Source of the DNA: Bacteroidota bacterium
Lineage (GTDB): Bacteria > Bacteroidota > Bacteroidia > Chitinophagales > Chitinophagaceae
Assembly (NCBI GenBank): GCA_052389635.1
Contig: JBQTHS010000095.1
Location: forward strand, 9 to 64,008
Length of the DNA: 64,000 bases
Direction: 5' to 3'
The translations under genes were made by a program, and so were the position numbers. The number at the start of each line of letters is the position of its first letter. Within the stretch, counting starts at the first letter, position 1. This document shows positions 28,498 through 38,426 of the stretch, in pieces. The notes under the pieces are model-generated. The model made no database searches. It worked only from the letters and a program-made list of their open reading frames with translations, and was not told the DNA's origin.

Positions 28498-29538
28498 TTA
28501 ACCCTTATTGGCCAGCTGACCGCAGGCAGCGTCAATATCCTTGCCCCGGCTTCGCCTGAGCCGGGAGTTTACCCGATGCTTGCCCAGGTATTCCATAAAG
28601 GCCTGCACCTTCGCTTCATCCGGCTTTTCAAACCGGGCAAAATCTATCGGGTTGTATTCTATGATATTGATAAGGTCGGCCGGAACCTGGCGGTAAACCT
28701 TTATCAGCTCATCCGCATCTTTCAGCGAATCATTAAAATCTTTGAACAGGATATATTCAAAAGTGATCTCATTGCCTGTTTGTTTGTAGAAATAGTTCAG
28801 CGCCTCCGTTAATGACTTAATATTATTAGTGTCATTAATAGGCATTATCTCATGCCGTTTGGCATCGTTGGCGGCATGCAGCGACAAAGCCAGTTTGAAT
28901 TTCACTTTGTCGTCCCCCAATTGCCGGATGCCTTTGGCCACCCCTGCGGTGGATACAGTGATGCGGCGGGGGCTCATCCCCAATCCGTCAGGCGAAGTGA
29001 TGCGTTCAACAGATCTCAGCACCTGTTTGTAATTCAGCAACGGCTCGCCCATGCCCATAAAAACGATATTGCTGAGTTTTTTTTCATAAGTACTCTCACA
29101 TTGCCTGTTTATCAAAACCACCTGGTCATATATCTCATCAAATTCGAGGTTCCTCTTCCGGTCAATATAGCCTGTGGCACAAAACTTACAGCTGAGCGAA
29201 CAACCGATTTGAGAGGAAACACAGGCGGTAAAACGGGAGGTGGTGGGTATCAGCACTCCTTCCACTAAGTGGCCGTCATAAGTCTTGAACCGGGACTTGA
29301 TGGTGCCGTCGGCTGAATGTTGCGTGGCATCAATCGTTAATGCCGGAAGCGTAAAGGCCCCGCCTAATTTTTGCCGCAGGTCTTTGCTCAGGTTGGTCAT
29401 ATCGGCAAAGCTCATGGCATGTTTTTGCCATAGCCATTCATGTACCTGCTTGACCCGGAATTTTTTTTCGCCCAAGTCTTCAAAATAATGTTCCAGTTCC
29501 TGCAGCGAAAGATGCCGAATGTTATTGTTCCTTTTCAT
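28498..29538 (-). CDS. rlmN: Radical-SAM RNA methyltransferase RlmN
   Basis: Motifs CSLSCKFC, MGMGEP, SLH and IDAACGQL. Confidence 0.96.
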   Translation of the reverse strand: MKRNNNIRHLSLQELEHYFEDLGEKKFRVKQVHEWLWQKHAMSFADMTNLSKDLRQKLGGAFTLPALTIDATQHSADGTIKSRFKTYDGHLVEGVLIPTTSRFTACVSSQIGCSLSCKFCATGYIDRKRNLEFDEIYDQVVLINRQCESTYEKKLSNIVFMGMGEPLLNYKQVLRSVERITSPDGLGMSPRRITVSTAGVAKGIRQLGDDKVKFKLALSLHAANDAKRHEIMPINDTNNIKSLTEALNYFYKQTGNEITFEYILFKDFNDSLKDADELIKVYRQVPADLINIIEYNPIDFARFEKPDEAKVQAFMEYLGKHRVNSRLRRSRGKDIDAACGQLANKG

Positions 29539-29545
29539 CAGGATG

Positions 29546-29553
29546 CAAAGATA
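29546..29553 (-). promoter_or_regulatory. -7 promoter box TATCTTTG for rlmN
   Basis: Exact match ending 7 nt before the ATG. Confidence 0.55.
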
Positions 29554-29610
29554 ACCCCCGGCTGTGCATTCCCCGGTTTCACTGATATTTGCTGATAAAA
29601 CTACAATTGC

Positions 29611-30807
29611 ATGAAGGCGGTTTATGTTATTGATGTCGTTCGTACACCGGTTGGCAAATATGGAGGGGTATTAAGCAGTATCCGTCCCGACGACCTGCTG
29701 GCCCATGCGATAAAGGCATTGTTGCAAAGAAATGAAAATGCGGATGTGAATGCCATTGAGGATCTGATAGCAGGAGCTGCCAACCAGGCCGGAGAAGATA
29801 ACCGCAATGTGGCAAGAATGGCCGCTCTGCTGGCGGGTCTGCCGGTAACAGTGGCTGGAAACACGGTAAACCGCCTTTGTGCTTCCGGTCTGCAGGCCAT
29901 TATGGATGCGGCGAGGCAGGTGATGTGCGGCGATGCTGAACTCGTTATTGCAGCTGGTGTGGAAAGCATGACCCGTGCGCCGTTTGTAACGGGTAAAAAC
30001 GCTGAGGCATTCAGCCGCACCGCGGAAATTTTTGACACTACAATGGGCTGGAGGTTTGTCAATAAAAAACTGGCTCAGATGTATTACCCCTTTACAATGG
30101 GCGAAACGGCAGAGAATGTGGCGAAGCAATGGAGGATTAGCAGACAGGAACAAGATGAGTTTTCCCTGGCTTCGCAACAAAAATATTTTGCTGCCAAAGT
30201 TGCTGACAAATGGGCCGATGAAATAGTACAGCTTGAATTAAATAACAAAGGGATGATAAGCTGGGTAGTGAATGATGAGCACCCGAGGGAAACCTCGCTG
30301 GAAAAACTGGCAGCATTGAAACCTGTTTTTCTGAAAGAGGGGACAGTAACAGCAGGCAACTCTTCAGGTATTAATGACGGAGCAGCCGCCATGCTGCTGG
30401 CAAGTGAAGATGCGGTGAAGAAATACGGATTAAATCCGCTGGCAAAAATTACTTCCATGGCTGTCGCTGGCGTGGACCCGGCCATTATGGGGGTAGGCCC
30501 GGTACCCGCCACCCAAAAGGCGCTGAAACGGGCGGGGCTGAAAGTACATGATATCGGCCTGGTTGAACTGAATGAAGCATTCGCCTCACAGTCGCTGGCC
30601 TGTGTGGCAGACCTGGGTTTAGATATAAACAAAGTGAACGTAAACGGCGGCGCTATTGCTATTGGGCACCCTTTGGGGTGCAGTGGTGTTCGCATTTCGG
30701 CCACTTTATTGCATGAAATGAGAAGAAGCGGGACACGGCATGGTCTGGCCACTATGTGTGTGGGGGTGGGACAGGGGGCAGCTGTTATTTATGAGGGAAT
30801 TCAATAA
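29611..30807 (+). CDS. Acetyl-CoA C-acyltransferase (thiolase, PcaF/PaaJ-like)
   Basis: Motifs NQAGEDNRNVAR, NRLCASG, NEAF, GHPLG and CVGVGQG. Confidence 0.93.
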   Translation: MKAVYVIDVVRTPVGKYGGVLSSIRPDDLLAHAIKALLQRNENADVNAIEDLIAGAANQAGEDNRNVARMAALLAGLPVTVAGNTVNRLCASGLQAIMDAARQVMCGDAELVIAAGVESMTRAPFVTGKNAEAFSRTAEIFDTTMGWRFVNKKLAQMYYPFTMGETAENVAKQWRISRQEQDEFSLASQQKYFAAKVADKWADEIVQLELNNKGMISWVVNDEHPRETSLEKLAALKPVFLKEGTVTAGNSSGINDGAAAMLLASEDAVKKYGLNPLAKITSMAVAGVDPAIMGVGPVPATQKALKRAGLKVHDIGLVELNEAFASQSLACVADLGLDINKVNVNGGAIAIGHPLGCSGVRISATLLHEMRRSGTRHGLATMCVGVGQGAAVIYEGIQ

Positions 30808-30869
30808 AACTTAAACCCGCATTGTAACTTTTTCCTGTAATTTCCGTTCAGAAACATAAACCTCATTGT

Positions 30870-31274
30870 ATGCAAAAAATAGTCTTTGGCATTTGCCTCC
30901 TGCTGGTCTGCACGGCCTTACATGCACAAACGGATTCCCTGCAGGAGTATACCGGCAAGTACAAGTTTCCGGATGGAAGCCCGGTTACCGAGATCGGCGT
31001 TTTGCTGGAAAATGGGGTACTTACGGCCACATCCGTGATGGGCAACTCGGAGCTCAGAAAGACCGATAATAAGGATGTGTATGAAATTGTGGCCTATGCC
31101 GGCACGGCAACTTTTAAAAGAGGGGATGACGGGCAAATAAAAACCCTGCGGATACAGGTGCAGGATGTAGATATGGAGGGAGCGAAAACAGAGGGAGGAA
31201 TTTACCTGGAACCCGGACTTTTTTCATTTAACCTGAACCGTTCAGCAGCTTGCCCGGGTTTTTCTTACAGATAG
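30870..31274 (+). CDS. Secreted hypothetical protein
   Basis: Signal peptide ending LHA-Q; LQEYTGKY. Confidence 0.75.
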   Translation: MQKIVFGICLLLVCTALHAQTDSLQEYTGKYKFPDGSPVTEIGVLLENGVLTATSVMGNSELRKTDNKDVYEIVAYAGTATFKRGDDGQIKTLRIQVQDVDMEGAKTEGGIYLEPGLFSFNLNRSAACPGFSYR

Positions 31275-31353
31275 AAAACCAGCACAATAGTCATGGGAGG
31301 GGCATGTTTTGCCGTCTGTGGAATTTTTTCCATGGACGCTTTGCTTATCCTCC

Positions 31354-31361
31354 TATATTTG
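31354..31361 (+). promoter_or_regulatory. -7 promoter box TATATTTG for susC
   Basis: Exact match about 130 bp upstream of the start. Confidence 0.55.
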
Positions 31362-31493
31362 TGCAGCAAATTTTATCTGTCCACTGTCTGGTTAAGTAAG
31401 GCTTTGATTGTATTCTAATATTAGGTCTCTGCGCCTGGTTTTGATACATCACTAAAATTTGTTTGTTTTTTATAACTGCTTAAAACTAACTGC

Positions 31494-34400
31494 ATGAAGA
31501 AAATCATTACTCTTCTGCTGGGGATGGTGCTTTTATGCGCCTATGCCTCCGCCCAGCGAACTGTTACCGGGAAGGTAACTGACGAAAAAGGCAACGCACT
31601 TGCCAATGTTTCTGTACTGGTAAAAGGTACCACTACCGGCACCATCACCAATAATAATGGTGTGTATTCTCTCAATGTGCCGGCCAATGGCAGGGTGCTG
31701 ATCTTTTCATCTGTTGATATGGAAACAGTGGAGGCTACTATCGGAACCCAGGGCCAGGTGAATGCCACACTGAAGACCATCGAGAAAGCATTGCAGGAAG
31801 TGGTTGTAACCGGCTTCGGTACTTCCCGTAAAAAAAGAGATGAAGCAGGCGCTATCTCCACCGTGCTGGGGGCACAGATCGAAAACAAACCCACGGTGTC
31901 TTTGGATAAGGCACTGCAAGGTAAAGCAGCCGGTGTTTTTGTCCAGGCCAACAATGGTATCCCCGGTGGTGCCATCAATGTCCGCATCCGGGGAGCCGGT
32001 TCCATCAATGCAGGTAACAGCCCTCTGTATATTGTAGATGGTATCCAGCTGAACTCAAGGGACGATGCCGCTTTTACGCAGTCAAACCCGCTTTCTTTCC
32101 TAAACCCGGACGATATCCAGTCCATAGATATAATGAAGGATGCCGCTTCGGCAGCCATCTATGGTTCCAATGCTGCCAATGGTGTGGTTATTGTGACCAC
32201 GAAAAAAGGAAGGGCGGGAAAAACAAAATTTACTTTCAATACCTACTACGGAAAATCGTCTCCGTTGAAAATATTGGATGTGGCCAATGCCCAGCAATAT
32301 TACCAGCTTCGCCTGGAAGCATATGCCAACTCAAACAACCTTCCAGCCTCTAACCTGACTATGAAAAGAACGGTACTGGCAGAATTGAGGGTACCGGGTG
32401 CAGCAGCTTTTACTGATTTCCAGGCTGATTCTGCCGCCCTTGCTCTGACAACCTACGACTGGCAGGATGAAGCTTTCAGAACCGGAACCATCCAAAACTA
32501 TGAATTGGCTGTCAGCGGGGGGAATGAAAAAACAACCTTCAGGCTTTCGGCCAATTTAATGAACCAGGCCACAATAGTCACCAAGGCCGACTTCAAACGG
32601 TATGGATTAAAAGTAGATGTCACCAATAAAGCCACTGACCGGCTTACCCTGAATTCATCGGTGAACCTGAGTACGTTTGTACAAAAACTGCCTTTTGCGA
32701 CAGATGGCTCTTTCCTGGGCAGCCCTGCCTTCTCGGCATCCGGTATCATTCCCACTAACCCTATTTATAACCCGGATGGCAGTTACTATGGTATTCCCGG
32801 TTCCAATCCCGCTAACATCGTTGGAACACTTAACCAGAATATCATTGCCGTAAACGATTTCAACTCTGGATTTCAGCGTACAAACCAGCTGATAGGGAAC
32901 CTCAATACAGACTACAAGATCACAAGCTGGTTATCGTTCAAACTTTATGGGGGTCTCGACTACAGACTGGTACAGGGGAAATCGGTCCGGGATGCAAGAA
33001 CTCCTGACGGCTTCAACAGAAAAGGCCTTGTACAGGTGCAAAGCAACTGGAATACCAATATTAACGCTTACGGAACATTGAACTTCGCAAAATCTTTTTC
33101 CGGCAAACACACGGTTGATGCCCTTGTAGGATATGAATACAGGAGAGAGAATAATGAAAGCATCACCGCCTCCGGGGATGGGTTCCCCACTTTCCAGTTT
33201 ACTTCCCTGAATAATGCCGCTAACCCTGTTTCCATTGGGGAATTTTTCACAGGTTTCAGGAGAAATGCGGTGTTTGGGAATGTGAATTATAATTATGACA
33301 GCAGGTACCTGATCGGGTTTGTGATGCGGTATGACGGATCCTCCCGTTTTGGTTCCGGCTTTAAGTATGGTACTTTCAGCGGCGTAAAAGCAGCCTGGAA
33401 TATTGACCGTGAAAACTTCATGACCGGTATGTCTAAAGCAGTATCAACATTGCGGCTGAGATTTAGCTATGGAAGTGTTGGTAATGACCAGATCGGAAAT
33501 TTTGACGGACTGGGATTATTTGGTGGCGGCGGTGTGTACAATGGCGGTGCCGGTATTGCCTACACACAACTGGCCAACCCTAACCTTAAATGGGAGTCCA
33601 CTACTATCTCCAACCTTGGAATTGACTTTGGTTTTTGGAATAACAGGATAACCGGTACTATTGAGGCGTATAACAAAAAAACCAGTGATGTACTGCTCAC
33701 TTTGCCCCTTCAAAGTACAACGGGCTTCACTGGCATCGCTTCCAATATTGGAAAGACCCAGAACAAAGGTGTTGAGCTGACCCTGAATTTTACTCCTTTC
33801 AGGGCGAAGAGCAAAGGGGATTTCGAATGGGAACTGGGCTTTGTTTTTGCTTACAACAAGCAAGAAGTAAAAGAACTTTATGATGGCCTGAAAATCCTGC
33901 CTTCCAATAACGCCATACAGGTTGGTCAGCCGGTCAATTTTTTATTTACACAAAAATACGGAGGTGTTAATCCTGCCACAGGCCGGCCATTATGGTATGA
34001 TTCTTTGGGAAATATTACTTACCAGGTACTGGCCAAAGACCGGGTGATACTCGGACCCACCCTGCTGGCGCCTTACAATGGGGGCCTGACAAGCACTTTC
34101 CGCTATAAGGGCTTTACACTCGATGCCGCTTTCAACTATGAATATGGCCGTTGGTCTTCTGACGGGCAGATCAACTTCCTGCGGGAAGCAACGGGCCGTA
34201 TCAATATGCTGAAAGAGATATATGTTAACCGCTGGACAACACCGGGTCAGCTGACACATGTTCCCCGGTTTAACCTGGCGACCGAATCCAAAAGCTCTGG
34301 ACCTGCTTCCGGTAACAGAACATTCTTCAAAGCAGATTATGTGCGCCTGAGAAATGTTACGCTTTCTTATGAAGTAAAACCCGCCTGGCTGACCAAAGCA

Positions 34401-34550
34401 AAACTGAACAGCGCCCGGGTTTACCTTCAGGGAACCAACCTGATAACCTACAGTGACTGGTTCAGCTATGATATTGAATTCGTAAACACAGCAACAGGTA
34501 TTATACCTCAAACGAAGAATATCACCGTAGGGGTGCAAATAGGATTTTGA
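31494..34550 (+). CDS. SusC/RagA-family TonB-dependent transporter
   Basis: N-terminal carboxypeptidase-like domain, plug motifs PLYIVDG and KDAASAAIYGSNAANGVVIVTTKKG, LKWE, and a terminal Phe. Confidence 0.96.
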   Translation: MKKIITLLLGMVLLCAYASAQRTVTGKVTDEKGNALANVSVLVKGTTTGTITNNNGVYSLNVPANGRVLIFSSVDMETVEATIGTQGQVNATLKTIEKALQEVVVTGFGTSRKKRDEAGAISTVLGAQIENKPTVSLDKALQGKAAGVFVQANNGIPGGAINVRIRGAGSINAGNSPLYIVDGIQLNSRDDAAFTQSNPLSFLNPDDIQSIDIMKDAASAAIYGSNAANGVVIVTTKKGRAGKTKFTFNTYYGKSSPLKILDVANAQQYYQLRLEAYANSNNLPASNLTMKRTVLAELRVPGAAAFTDFQADSAALALTTYDWQDEAFRTGTIQNYELAVSGGNEKTTFRLSANLMNQATIVTKADFKRYGLKVDVTNKATDRLTLNSSVNLSTFVQKLPFATDGSFLGSPAFSASGIIPTNPIYNPDGSYYGIPGSNPANIVGTLNQNIIAVNDFNSGFQRTNQLIGNLNTDYKITSWLSFKLYGGLDYRLVQGKSVRDARTPDGFNRKGLVQVQSNWNTNINAYGTLNFAKSFSGKHTVDALVGYEYRRENNESITASGDGFPTFQFTSLNNAANPVSIGEFFTGFRRNAVFGNVNYNYDSRYLIGFVMRYDGSSRFGSGFKYGTFSGVKAAWNIDRENFMTGMSKAVSTLRLRFSYGSVGNDQIGNFDGLGLFGGGGVYNGGAGIAYTQLANPNLKWESTTISNLGIDFGFWNNRITGTIEAYNKKTSDVLLTLPLQSTTGFTGIASNIGKTQNKGVELTLNFTPFRAKSKGDFEWELGFVFAYNKQEVKELYDGLKILPSNNAIQVGQPVNFLFTQKYGGVNPATGRPLWYDSLGNITYQVLAKDRVILGPTLLAPYNGGLTSTFRYKGFTLDAAFNYEYGRWSSDGQINFLREATGRINMLKEIYVNRWTTPGQLTHVPRFNLATESKSSGPASGNRTFFKADYVRLRNVTLSYEVKPAWLTKAKLNSARVYLQGTNLITYSDWFSYDIEFVNTATGIIPQTKNITVGVQIGF

Positions 34551-34570
34551 TCAAAACAAAAAAAGTAAAT

Positions 34571-36121
34571 ATGAAAGTCAATATATTTAAAATATTATTC
34601 CTATCGGGATGCATTGGTTTGTTAACCACCGGTTGTGAAAAGCAACTGCAGATAGATCCCCGGCAATCCATTGATGCCAGCACCGCTTTAACTTCCAGGG
34701 AAGCAATCGAGGCATCCATTACCGCCATTTATGCCAGGCTTAAAAATGCCCGTCAATATGGAAGGGATCTGATCACTCACCCGGAAGCATTGGCCGATAA
34801 TGGTTTTGCCACCAACAAATCGGGCCGTTTGTTGCCTGAAGCGCAGAATAACCTTGGCGCTCATTTCACCGGCACCATCTGGACCAACAGCTATGCGGCC
34901 ATCAACCAGATCAATTTAACACTGGAAGCAATTCCATCGCTTAGTCTTAGCCCCCCTGTAACTGAAGCCGAAAAGGACAGATGGGAAGGGCAGCTTTATT
35001 TTTTAAGAGGATTATATTATTTTAATCTGGTAAGGGTCTATGCCTATATCCCCGGGGCTGTTGTCGCCCCACAGGATAAGGGTGGTGTTCCTATTTCAAC
35101 TGCCGGGATCTCCACAGAATCCGGAGCTCTTGCCTGGAAACCATCCAGGGCGCCTATTGACGATGTTTACACACAGATCATAGCTGACCTTACCGTTGCC
35201 AATGGGAAACTTCTACCTGCGATAGTTCCCAACCTGGCAAACCGCCCGGCCACCCAGGCTTTATTAGCCCGGGTAAACCTGTACAGGAAAAACTATTCAG
35301 AAGCAAAAAGATGGGCTGATTCCTGTATCGGGCTGGCTTCGTCCCGGTTATCAACAACAGCGAACCATGTATCACAATGGCGTGGCGATACACATACCGA
35401 ATCACTTTTCCAGGTCCGCTTTGCTACCAGCGCTGAGAATATAGGTGTGAATGAATCATTGCAAACTTCATTTACTACATTGGTTACACCCGGAAACCCG
35501 GCTTCTTTAGGCGGGTTTGGAGACCTGGTTCCTACGCTTACCATGCTTGCTGACCTCGGCATTGCGCTTCAGGGAGGTATGACCACCACCAACTTCGCTG
35601 TGAATGCAGTTGTTGCAACCAGGACCACCGATGTCAGGAACCTGCTTTATGAACCCGGAAGCACCGGCAGGGGGCCAGCCAAAGTTGAATGCACTAAATT
35701 CTTAGGCAAAAGCGGCTTTATTAACCTGGATAATGTTCCGGTGGTAAGGGTAGCGGAGGCTTACCTCATCCGTGCTGAAGCACAGGCTGCAGCAGGCTCA
35801 TCTGTTTTAAACCTTGCTGCTGCACTGGCTGATCTGAAAGCGATCAAAAACAGGCGTTATACTGACTACACAGGCTCTGCCCAGGAAACGGCGGATAATG
35901 CAGCTACTCAAAGCCAGTTGTTTGATGAGATCATCCGTCAGCGCCGGATTGAGCTGGCTTTTGAAGGGCACCGCTTTTTTGATCTGAAAAGACTTGGAAG
36001 GGATCTTGTAAAATCCCCGCATTATAACAACGTTGCTTTTACCGACATCAGGATATTGCCGGCAATACCCCAGGCGGATGTGGATGGCAACCCTAACCTT
36101 AAACAAAACACTGGGTATTAA
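34571..36121 (+). CDS. SusD/RagB-family lipoprotein
   Basis: Lipobox TTGC; motifs RGLYYFNLVR, RVAEAYLIRAEA and ELAFEGHRFFDLKR. The ORF track starts at 34547. Confidence 0.95.
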   Translation: MKVNIFKILFLSGCIGLLTTGCEKQLQIDPRQSIDASTALTSREAIEASITAIYARLKNARQYGRDLITHPEALADNGFATNKSGRLLPEAQNNLGAHFTGTIWTNSYAAINQINLTLEAIPSLSLSPPVTEAEKDRWEGQLYFLRGLYYFNLVRVYAYIPGAVVAPQDKGGVPISTAGISTESGALAWKPSRAPIDDVYTQIIADLTVANGKLLPAIVPNLANRPATQALLARVNLYRKNYSEAKRWADSCIGLASSRLSTTANHVSQWRGDTHTESLFQVRFATSAENIGVNESLQTSFTTLVTPGNPASLGGFGDLVPTLTMLADLGIALQGGMTTTNFAVNAVVATRTTDVRNLLYEPGSTGRGPAKVECTKFLGKSGFINLDNVPVVRVAEAYLIRAEAQAAAGSSVLNLAAALADLKAIKNRRYTDYTGSAQETADNAATQSQLFDEIIRQRRIELAFEGHRFFDLKRLGRDLVKSPHYNNVAFTDIRILPAIPQADVDGNPNLKQNTGY

Positions 36122-36157
36122 CATCTTTCAGGATGATGGTATCAACAAAAATCTAAA

Positions 36158-36760
36158 ATGCATACAATGAAAAAGATATTCCCAATAATAATCATCACCG
36201 CCTTTCTCTCTTTCGGGTTGGGAGGATGTATCAAAAATGACCCCGTCATATTCGAAGACAGGCAGGTAGAATTTGATGCAACAAGCTGGAATGCCAATGC
36301 TGCGGGGCTTACCTACCCGATTATAGGAAGGATACCGGGTTATGGCAGGGTAGCTAATACTTCAGATTCCACATGCAGACGATTAAATGGAACAATCAGG
36401 ATAAGGATCAACCTGATAGGGCCCCAATTAACAAAAGGAGAGACCGTGGGATATGAGATACATGCATCTTCCCCGATTACTACTTTCAGTATGCCTGCCA
36501 CCATTACCGGGCAAACACCTTCCGCAGCAGCCGGCACACTTGCTGTAACCAATGCTGTTGCAGGAACCCACTATGCTGCGCTTAGTGGTAAGGTGGATTT
36601 CCCTGCAGGAAGCTCCTTTGCCTATCTCGATATTCCCATATTAAATCCGGGCGCCACTGCCGGTACCGGAAGGTATTTGGGAATTAAACTCAATACCAGC
36701 GGAACTCTCAGGCCTGCAGTTAACTATAGTGAACTGGGACTTGTGATCGACCAGCGTTAA
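36158..36760 (+). CDS. SusCD-associated surface lipoprotein
   Basis: Lipobox LGGC; co-oriented after susD; beta-rich sequence. Confidence 0.8.
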   Translation: MHTMKKIFPIIIITAFLSFGLGGCIKNDPVIFEDRQVEFDATSWNANAAGLTYPIIGRIPGYGRVANTSDSTCRRLNGTIRIRINLIGPQLTKGETVGYEIHASSPITTFSMPATITGQTPSAAAGTLAVTNAVAGTHYAALSGKVDFPAGSSFAYLDIPILNPGATAGTGRYLGIKLNTSGTLRPAVNYSELGLVIDQR

Positions 36761-36784
36761 AATAATAATGTGGAGGATAAAATT

Positions 36785-36813
36785 AAAAGCAGGCCTTTAA
36801 AGCCTGCTTTTTT
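36785..36813. terminator. Bidirectional intrinsic terminator
   Basis: AAAAGCAGGC-CTTTAAA-GCCTGCTTTTTT between convergent genes. Confidence 0.85.
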
Positions 36814-36830
36814 ATTAAGGAATGATGTGC

Positions 36831-38354
36831 TTATTGAAAAGAATAAGTTATTAGTTGATCAGCAGCCATGGTTTCCTGTCTGCCAGTTGCCAGCTGTTTC
36901 ACATTACAGGTGCCTTCTTTGAGTTCTTTTTCACCAATGATGATTACATAGAGGATATTCTTCTTTTCCGCATATTTAAACTGTTTGTCAAATTTCAGGT
37001 TTTCATGGTAGAGTTCGCAGCGGATGCCTTTGTGCCGCAATTGCTGCATCAGTTCAAATGATTTTTTGCTTTCCGCTTCGCCCAGGTTGAAGAATAGTAC
37101 CTGTGTGCCCACATGCACATCGGCCGGGAAGAGGTTCAGCTCCTCCATCACATCATAGATCCTGTCAACACCAAAAGAAATTCCCACACCGGGAATACCC
37201 GGTACGCCGAACAAACCGGTCAGGTCATCATAACGACCACCGCCGCCGATGCTGCCCATACTGACCCCTTTTGCTTTTACTTCGAAGATGATCCCGGTGT
37301 AGTAGTTAAGACCTCTTGCTAATGTTGGATCAGGTTGAATGTTAGGTGTAAGATGTTGGATGTTAGATAAGAGATAAGACAGTTCTTCAATACCTTTTTC
37401 CCCCTGAACAGTATTGCCAACAATATCATTCAATCCGGCAAGAATTTCTTCATTGCTTCCCTTTACGGCTAAATATTTTTCAACTATACTGACTTGGCCG
37501 GCGTTCAAACCCCTTTGGAGCAATTCTGCGTTTACTTTTTCCAAACCGGTCTTATCCAGTTTGTCTATGGCAATGGCGATACCATTCATCTTATCCGCAC
37601 CGCCGCATAATTCGGCAAGAGCAGTCAGGATCTTTCTGCTGTTGATCTTTATTTCAGCATCGATCCCCAGCTTTGCAAACACCGTGGTATAAATGGTTGC
37701 CAGTTCAAATTCGTTCAGCAAAGCAGTACTGCCCACCACATCCGCATCACACTGGTAAAACTCCCGGTACCTGCCTTTTTGCGGCCGGTCTGCCCGCCAT
37801 ACTGGCTGTATCTGGTAACGTTTGAAAGGGAAAGTAAGCTGGGCGTGATTCATAGCCACATATCGGGCAAAAGGGATGGTGAGGTCATATTTTAAGGCCT
37901 TTTCAGAGATTTCATCTTTTAGTTTTGGAAGATATTTTTCTCTTAAATCTGGGTTTTTAAATAATTCATCTGAAAAAATTTTAAAGAAGTCGGGTGGAAT
38001 ATCGTAAAATGGCGAAGAGTATGGTCCCGATACTTCCTCATTATCTGTTTTTTTTATATATTTTTTTGCTGATTCATCAACCTCTTTTACTCTTTTTTGA
38101 ACCGCTGCAAAAACCTGAATAAAAAAGTCGGAGGAAAAAGGATTTCCTGAATCAAGAATTCGATAAATCAATTTATCACCTTCCTCACCATATTTTCCCA
38201 TCAATGTATCCAGGTTCTCCATCGCCGGTGTTTCCAGCGGCTGAAATCCGTAGAGCTCAAATACATTTCGGATGGTATTAAGAATATAATTTCTTTTCCG
38301 AACTACATCCGGTCCGAAATCCCTTGTTCCCTGTGGCAGTGATGGTTTGGTCAT
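36831..38354 (-). CDS. hisS: Histidine--tRNA ligase with a long internal insertion
   Basis: Motifs QGTRDF, YDLTIPFARY, WRADRPQKGRYREFYQCD, ARGLNYYTG and GGGRYD. The start was moved to MTKP at 38354. Confidence 0.97.
   Translation of the reverse strand: MTKPSLPQGTRDFGPDVVRKRNYILNTIRNVFELYGFQPLETPAMENLDTLMGKYGEEGDKLIYRILDSGNPFSSDFFIQVFAAVQKRVKEVDESAKKYIKKTDNEEVSGPYSSPFYDIPPDFFKIFSDELFKNPDLREKYLPKLKDEISEKALKYDLTIPFARYVAMNHAQLTFPFKRYQIQPVWRADRPQKGRYREFYQCDADVVGSTALLNEFELATIYTTVFAKLGIDAEIKINSRKILTALAELCGGADKMNGIAIAIDKLDKTGLEKVNAELLQRGLNAGQVSIVEKYLAVKGSNEEILAGLNDIVGNTVQGEKGIEELSYLLSNIQHLTPNIQPDPTLARGLNYYTGIIFEVKAKGVSMGSIGGGGRYDDLTGLFGVPGIPGVGISFGVDRIYDVMEELNLFPADVHVGTQVLFFNLGEAESKKSFELMQQLRHKGIRCELYHENLKFDKQFKYAEKKNILYVIIIGEKELKEGTCNVKQLATGRQETMAADQLITYSFQ
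37333..37381. repeat. Seven-unit heptamer array inside the hisS CDS
   Basis: GGTTGAA TGTTAGG TGTAAGA TGTTGGA TGTTAGA TAAGAGA TAAGACA. Confidence 0.7.
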
Positions 38355-38357
38355 AAA

Positions 38358-38426
38358 AGTCAAATTGGTCAAATGGTGTCAATTGACGCTACTGGTTCAT
38401 TGAATATTGTGTATTGAATATTGAAT
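38358..38426. repeat. 8-10-bp array before hisS and a heptamer array forming the phosphatase C-terminus
   Basis: AGTCAAATT GGTCAAAT GGTGTCAATT GAC (38358-38387) and ATTGAAT ATTGTGT ATTGAAT ATTGAAT (38399-38426). Confidence 0.7.

Noticed and set aside
37911-38144. Intein or intron in hisS
   Set aside because: It is too short, lacks intein terminal residues and has no stop codons, so I treated it as a protein insertion.
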